Part shown: positions 57,191 to 64,000 of the stretch, piece after piece
How the letters are laid out: the number at the start of each line of letters is the position of its first letter
Position numbering within the stretch: the first letter of the stretch is position 1
Assembly: GCA_013239625.1 (NCBI GenBank)
Contig: MU053652.1
Location: 4,019,902-4,083,901 of the forward strand
Direction: 5' to 3'
Length of the DNA: 64,000 nt
From: Lama guanicoe
Lineage: Eukaryota
The notes under the pieces: generated by a model
Databases searched by the model: none
The model's input: the letters and a program-made list of their open reading frames with translations, nothing else
Told to the model about the DNA's origin: nothing
Translations under genes and position numbers: made by a program

Positions 57191-59197
57191 CTCTAATACT
57201 TTCTCCAAGCATGAATAAAGCTGCCCTAATTTGCCCTAATTTTCTCCTTAACCAACCGTTTTATCCTCTCTGTAGCTACAACCATGGAGGCATTTTCACA
57301 GGCAGAAAAGAAAAGTTTATTTCAAAGGTGAGAGAATGGAATGAGGTGATACTTTTTTGTTATCCAACACAGGGTATAAAGAGAACAGGGCCTAATTCTG
57401 ATTTCCACAATTTAAGGCTGTTAAGAGTAGATGATTAACACACTAAGAAATATAGGACTCATGGGGAGAACAGATCTATTTACCCTACAGAGGAGCAGGC
57501 CAAGAGAAAAAAATTCATTCCTTTTCAAGTACATAAAGTAGGACTACAAAGGATGGTGATCAGAGGTTCTCTCTCTCCATATCTTCATTTCTTAACATTC
57601 CTGTACTTAACATCTGTAATCCTCATCTGTAAAATAGGAATGACAATATCTACTTTGTCTATCCCAACTGTGTGCTGAGAAAATAATGTATGTGAGAGAG
57701 TCTGGGAGACAACATAATGATACACAAGTATAAAATATTAACATTTCTTCTTTTTTTAAGGTCAAAAGTTCTTCCTCTAGAGTACATGGAGGTCTAGACC
57801 CCCTAAAACAGAATGTAAAATTTTCCTGGGTAGAGAGTCCATAGTTTTCATCAGTTTCTCAAATGGGTCTCTGCTTTGTCAATTCTGACCCAGAGTTATA
57901 GTCAAGCTACTTCTAACACCATTTACCAGATACCTTCAAGGTTTTTGTCTCACTTCCAAGTAGATATGGTTCAAGCATGGTTTTATAGAGACATTGCTCC
58001 CTTCCAAGCCAAATGAGCTGCTTGAATAAATTCTTCACCTATACAAGGGATTACTTCTAGCCAAAAGAAAATCGGGTAACCAGCTGGCTGGGTACTCAAG
58101 AAAGTCAATCAGATTTCCTATGGAAAAGTACCAAGTACCACAGAGAGCTTGAGTGGGAGGAGGAAATATTAATTTGTAGAAACTTGAAAAAGGTTACTGC
58201 TGATCTCCATGCACATAAGAGGAAGTATTTTCACCTACCAGCAGGGACTAAAGAATTCTCAAGGGAAGTAAAACGTATTAATAAGGACAACCTTTAAAAG
58301 GATGAGTTCCCCAACCTTTTAGCAGTAAAACTGCCTGAACAAGGTTAAGAAAATCCTTCACATGAAAACAGCTGAGGAGCAGGGCTCCAGCAGAAATTTT
58401 CCAGTGACTGATGGAATGTTAACTTGAAGGTCTACCTTGTCAATTCTCGAGACTGGAGTTCTTCAGACTTCAACCTGGCTTATTTCCCTGCTGGGAATCA
58501 GAGATGTGAGTACTGTCAGCTGCTGTCTGTGGTCTTGAGTCCTATTCTCTGAGGGATATGCGAGTCCCTTTGCTGCTGATCACTAACAAGAAGGGAGGTG
58601 TTATAATTTAACTTCTCTGCTATATTTTTCCCCTGAAAGAAGATTTGAGAGCCTTGTCATATTTCCTTTGGGGGCAAGGATAGTCTCAGTGGAAATTTCA
58701 TTACATTAATATGTAAACTGGAACATGAGTCAGACATTTGTTAAAGCTTTCATAAACTGAAACTTTGGCTCAGTGTGGGAACTGGCTCCAGGCTTTCTTC
58801 TAGGGGATTAAAAGCACTCTAACATTTCACAAGTTAAGGTCTGGAAATCTATAGGCAATACACTAGAGGGTGCTCAGTGGCTCACTTTGGTGGCTAAGTG
58901 GATATCAGCGGCAGCCTACTGAAGCACTTCCAGACCAGGTCAGAAATTAATGACTTATGTGGTATCTGATAGAAAGCCTCAAGAGGTTAATCTTTGGCAA
59001 GAAAAAGACAGCTGATGAAAAAACTGAGTTATTGAAGACAAGCCCTTCCCTACTTTTTCTCATCGTTAAAAAAAAAAACCTACTGATCAAAGGCATTTTC
59101 CTGGTTTTTGAGAGAGAACGGCCAAGAAATCGCTAAATAAGAGACATGCTGTATTGAAAACAAAGCAGAGCTGTTCTTTATTAAAGAATGTTATCTT

Positions 59198-59333
59198 AGG
59201 GGAAAGGGTGTAGCTCAGTGGTAGAGTGTGTGCTTGGCATGCATGAGGTCCTGGGTTCAATTCCTAGAACCTCCATGAACATAAGTAAATAAACCTAATT
59301 ACCCACCCCCCCAAAAAAAAAAGATTTAAAAAA
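59198..59333 (+). mobile_element. tRNA-Ala-derived SINE (camelid vic-1-like)
   Basis: gtgtagctcagtggtagagtgtgtgcttggcatgcatgaggtcctgggttcaat; shares aataaacctaattacc with the 14661 copy; GTTATC duplicated on both sides. Confidence 0.88.
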
Positions 59334-60838
59334 GTTATCAAAAACTGGGGAAATCTTAGGTGAGCAATGGTCACACTAACTCTTTTAGGACAGTTATCTG
59401 TCTTGTTCACGTAAATAAAAAAGTGAGTAGGTAAAAGTCCAGTAGGAGCTCCTCTTGAGAGGATGTGCTCAGGAGGTAAGACAGAAAGGTGTATTGCTCA
59501 TGAGAATAAGAGTTACAATAAAACTTCTCTTGATTCTGAGTTGACACACTAGTCAACTGAGGAATTCTTCTGTAATATTCCTTTAGAGAAGTAACAAAGT
59601 ACTTAATGTGGGCCCTCACCTAAGAAAACCAGAATTCCTGCTCCCCCTTCCTGTTATTATTATGTGGCTGGAGACTCAAAAACAAGCTTAAAAGCCCAAC
59701 TAGAATTATTATTTGAACCCCTTCCATTAATCTCCAACACTACATTATTTGAAATAAGCCTGTGGATGGGTAGGATTTCTTTTGATCAAATATCTTAAAC
59801 TGAGCACAGGGTTCTGGAACAATATTAAGAACAACAGGAATAACTCGAACAAAAATAATAAACAATAGTTGTTATGAGAGTTGAAATGTGGGCTTGTCAG
59901 TTGGACATTTGTTAGGTCTACTATATACTCATTATTGATGGTTATTTCTTTAAGTCCGTAATTCCCTAAACACTGAAAAGAACTTGGAATATGTTATGTA
60001 TAGTCCAATCAGTTTTCAATAGGGGAAAAATATACATATATATGAAAAACACAAGCTGGTATACAGACTGTAAGAAATCAGGCTAAACCAGGAAGAAAGC
60101 AGACAGGAAAATAAAGATAGTTGCTGTTTTTAAATCAAAAGTTAAAATTGGATTTAAAATATTAGGTTATATGTGCTAGTTCTTATCATAATAATTATAA
60201 TATTATAACCTTATTATAATTATATTAAAATATGTATCAGGCAAATAAGATATTTTGAAGAACAGTAGCAAGAGAGCTGTAGTTCCTGCCTTTTAGAAAT
60301 ACACGTATGAAGAATATTTGGGGTAATATTTTGACCGGCTGGAGAAAAATGGGCAGGTAGGAGAGGAATGTCAAATTTTTTCAGACTTGAGGGAACACCA
60401 TTTCTACAAGTTCTGGTTTTTATCCCTTCACTATTCTTTTACCCCCATGAGAAATAAATTAAGCATCAGCTTGCTAGTAGCATGCAAAGCAATCAGAGAA
60501 TAACACAATTCATGCAGGATACCAGCAGCAGTGGGGGAGCCCCAGCCCAGCACAGACAGCCAGGCAATAAGCTGATTTGGCCAGGCAGGTCTCAGACCCT
60601 CCCCAGCTTCACTCGTAATTAAAAAAACAGGGGTTAAGAAAAAGAAGAAGAAGAAGAAACAAAAGAAAGCAGCAGGGGTGACCCAGGACATAGGAACTAA
60701 TCAGAAATAAGAACAATAACTGTTTTCCCAACCACAGGTCTTGGTAGAGACTTCTCACAAGTGATCCTGTCATCTGTCAGAAATGGCTGCCTCATTATCA
60801 AGAAACAGAAGGAAAAGCAAAGCAACCAAAGAACTCAC

Positions 60839-60895
60839 CATCCACTCAGGCACGTGAAAAGCTGAGGTGCCCTCATTACCGTCCCCATTCTCCAT
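60839..60895 (-). CDS. AHCYL2: AHCYL2 alternative N-terminal exon MENGDGNEGTSAFHVPEWM
   Basis: ATG at 60895, donor ATG|gtgagt, phase 0, in frame with exon 2; resembles recalled human isoform start MEKWDGNEGTSAFHMPEWM. Confidence 0.87.
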
Positions 60896-61244
60896 AGTAC
60901 AGGCTTGGGTAATATATGTCCTGAAGCAAAAGAAAGCTGGTTTGGAAATACCGGGGTTTTCTGAGGGCCAAAAAGTAGAACCAAATCTAGTAATTCAGAA
61001 GTTGACAATATCTAGCAGAAGCTGCATCCCCTTTCACAAAGGTTTCCTATTAAAACAAGATCATTAATAAGTCAAATGCCTGACACGTCCCTTACTGGCC
61101 AGTTTCAAAACTGCTTCTGCTTCAAAATCAGAGCCGATGCAAAGTTCTGCACCCCGATACTGAGCTTTCTACAGGGCACTCACTGTTTAATGCTCCCCGA
61201 ACACTCTAACCCCACCTCCTCTGTGGGGACTTTCTGCAGCAACA

Positions 61245-61320
61245 GTTAGGCTTCCGCTCTTTCCCGGCGTATAAGGCACTTGTTCATTTTCTCCCGCCCC
61301 TCAGGACACGTCATTGGAGG
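61245..61320 (-). promoter_or_regulatory. Candidate internal promoter (CCAAT, CRE-like TGACGT, GC box, ETS-like site)
   Basis: attgg 61313-61317, acgtca 61308-61313, ccgccc 61294-61299, cttccg 61251-61256; locally CpG-retaining. Confidence 0.5.
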
Positions 61321-61766
61321 TGCTGATACCAAGATCAATAAGGATCGAGGTCAAGAAGACACTCCCATTTCTCGAGAGTTGCTTGATTTGGATCTGTACA
61401 GTAAACAGGCGTTTCCTTGAAATCAAGAGTTCCTTATGGCTTTCAAGTTTAAACAGCTATGCAGAAGCTCCCCATCTACTCACACCAGGGGTCTGGCACC
61501 AAACTCAGGCATATCTCAAGTTAAATTCTTATTGCACAGGAGATTCGGATGGAGCCAGGGAAGATCTCTTGCAAAATCAGAACTTAGAAGCTCTCAAGAA
61601 AGTTCTGGGACCACAACCCCCTCTGCTGGCTCCCTGTGCTATGTACAAGAAGGTCTAAGGGCCTTCAGCTGCAGAAAGATAGCTGTTTCCCTGAGGCTAG
61701 TCAGGAGCTACCACAGTGTAGGTAGGTTTAGGAGCCAGGGTTTCTGATCAAGACTAGGGCTGCCTC

Positions 61767-62024
61767 TTGATTTCAGACATAGAAGTTTGTGTCTCTTAAC
61801 CCTCTACTCCTGTCTTACCCCATTACCCCCTTCCCTCTCCCCACTGGTTTATTATCTAAATCTGTAAGTTTACAAGGATATATTGGACATCATAGGGAAT
61901 ATAGCTAATATTTTAACGTAACTTTAAATGGAGTATAATCTATAAAAATAGTGAATCACTACGTTATATACCTGAGATTAATATAATACTGTAAATCAAC
62001 TATACTTCAATTAAAAAGAAAAAA
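61767..62024 (+). mobile_element. Short L1 3' end with apparent 5' inversion
   Basis: L1 tail taatataatactgtaaatcaactatacttcaatt + A-run; 17-bp TSD AAGACTAG(G/T)GCTGCCTC at 61750-61766 and 62025-62041. Confidence 0.8.
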
Positions 62025-63259
62025 AAGACTAGTGCTGCCTCAAAGTCCCTATCCAATGCTGGTTTTTACTCAGAGATCTGGTTTCAGAAACAGGATGCCA
62101 ACACAGTAGTCTTACATACCATCATCTTAAGGGAAGCTGTTTCGTACTTATGTCCCTGCACCGGCTCCCTCCTCTCCACATACTTCAGAAGTTTGGAAAT
62201 AAGACAAAAGTAGAAAAAAGGTGACCTAACCTATTTTACCTTCTTAGTTCATTCCTAGAGTATATTATCCAGTAAGAGTACCACAGACTTCAGGCACAAA
62301 GGAATTTCAACAAGATATGCCTGCTCTGGTCCCCTTCAAGGACCAGGGACTCTTTACAGTGTTAATTCCCACTGCAGAGGATAATTTCTCTGGAGCTACA
62401 GGCTCAGGGCTTTCACTGGTTAAGAGAATGGAGGACAGGAAGGTAACTTCTAGGGGAAGAGGTATTATTTTAAGATGCCAGAAAGGGCAGAATTCAAATG
62501 ACTGACCCAGAGATCTACACGAGAGAGAAAGGCAATTGAAAACAGAAGGGGACTGTTGGACCAGGTCAATGCAGAGGTGTCAAAGGATTAGAGATCATAG
62601 GGCAGGTCAGATGCAATGAGAACAGAGGTGGAAGTAAAGGAAGTTATGGTCCTAGAGGAGCTATGGAGAGAAGCAATTTGAGTGACAGCAAGATATAGAA
62701 AGTTGATGAAATGCAAGAGCGATTTGAGATAAGGATGTCAATTTTGATAAGGCCCTCTGAGGTCAGAGTGTCAATTTCGATAAAGCCTCAGCTCTCAGAA
62801 ACCTCCAGTTACTGTCTTCTGTCTGGTCTTCCTGTTAATCCAAAATTCTTAATAAAATGAAATGTTAACACTTGTTGCCTAAATTTCCAATGATACATTC
62901 CATCTGTGTTTTAAATGCAACATATCTAAAATCAAAATGATTGCCCCATCTTTCCTTTCCCCACATCCTTCAAACAAGTTTCTTCTCACTTTTCTACCAT
63001 TGTTCCCTCAGTCATCTAGATATAAAAATTCAGTCGTCTTTAATTTCTCCCTTTTCCCTAGCCCCTAGAACAATCAGTTGCCAATTATTTTTGACCCTCT
63101 TACACCAAGCATCTTGTCTATCCTTCCCTCTCTATTTTCACTGCCTCCTAAAAACCCTCTATAAATCCTTTCCAGGATCTTCCACTTCATATCCCTACAT
63201 ACCATGCACCCCCATATAAGATGTATTACCCACTATTTCCTGAATGTGAAGACCGTTCA

Positions 63260-63445
63260 GCAGAGCAGCTAAGGGTACTGGTTTGGGAATTAAAAAGACC
63301 TAGGCTAGAACCCTGGCTGCCACTTAACCTCTCTAACCCTCTAGTTTTCTAATCTGTACAGTGGTAATAATAATAGCCATCTTACAGTACTGATGTAAGG
63401 ATTTAAAAAGTGTGCATACACTAAGCATTTAATAAATGGTAGCTC
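63260..63445 (+). mobile_element. MIR SINE within L2-like sequence
   Basis: cacttaacctctctaaccctctagttttctaatctgta...gtaaggatttaaa...taagcatttaataaatggtagct. Confidence 0.65.
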
Positions 63446-64000
63446 GTACTTATATCATTGTTATGCTGTGTCCTTTCCCACCTCAGTGCCTTTGCTTATG
63501 CTGTTTTCTCCAATTAACATGCATTCATTTTGCCTTCATTTCCATCATCTTCACTTATTCATATTCTCTGAGGTTCAGCTCAAATGATAGTTCTGCCATG
63601 GAATCTACCCTAAAAAAAGAACCTCCCTTTCCTCTAACATTGTTCTTTGGTCACATCACTATTTTCACCTTTCCTCATATTACAGTTACTGTGTATGTTA
63701 TCCCTCGTTAGATTCCAGGCTCTTTAGGGGCTTAGCCAGCTCTGATTTGCCTCTAGTGTCCAGCAGATAGTAAGGGCTTAAGAAACTGTCAAATTTTGTC
63801 TACTGTATGTGTACCTCATAATACTCTGGGGTTACTTGTATAACCAATGTGTTTAATATATTTATGCCTATCTTATAGGATGTGAAACATTATTTTATAT
63901 ACACAGATCTTAGTTATACTACTGATAAAAACTATGACTTATTTGTGGTCCTTTTAGGGTTTTAATCCTTAATTATAATATTATGTCTGCATGAATATAT

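Noticed and set aside
58436..58632. Candidate cassette exon (tctttcag|GGG ... AAG|gtagac)
   Set aside because: 197 nt with stop codons in all three frames; no other support
59198..59276. tRNA-Ala genes at the SINE heads
   Set aside because: Degenerate stems, SINE-type tails and TSDs

Overview
This is mammalian genomic DNA, most likely a camelid, because it carries four copies of a tRNA-Ala(AGC)-derived SINE and no Alu, B1 or Bov-A/PRE-type elements that I could recognise. Two genes lie head-to-tail on the minus strand. (1) AHCYL2 (Long-IRBIT, S-adenosylhomocysteine hydrolase-like 2): 16 shared coding exons (numbered 2-17 by analogy with human; the canonical first exon is outside the window) run from 51624 to the stop at 13747, followed by a ~3 kb 3'UTR. 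All junctions were read by hand as GT-AG and are phase-consistent. Intron 1 holds two 19-codon alternative N-terminal exons and a third candidate. (2) STRIP2: CpG-island promoter and coding exons 1-2, with an expanded (Asn-Gly)7 repeat. The rest is intron with L1, L2, MIR, LTR and hAT relics and one 54-N gap. The most unusual element is a chimeric retrocopy in AHCYL2 intron 12: a full-span U6 snRNA fused to the 3' end of cofilin-1 (CFL1) mRNA, with poly(A) and target-site duplications. Gene and repeat-family names come from my recall of mammalian sequences, not from a database search.
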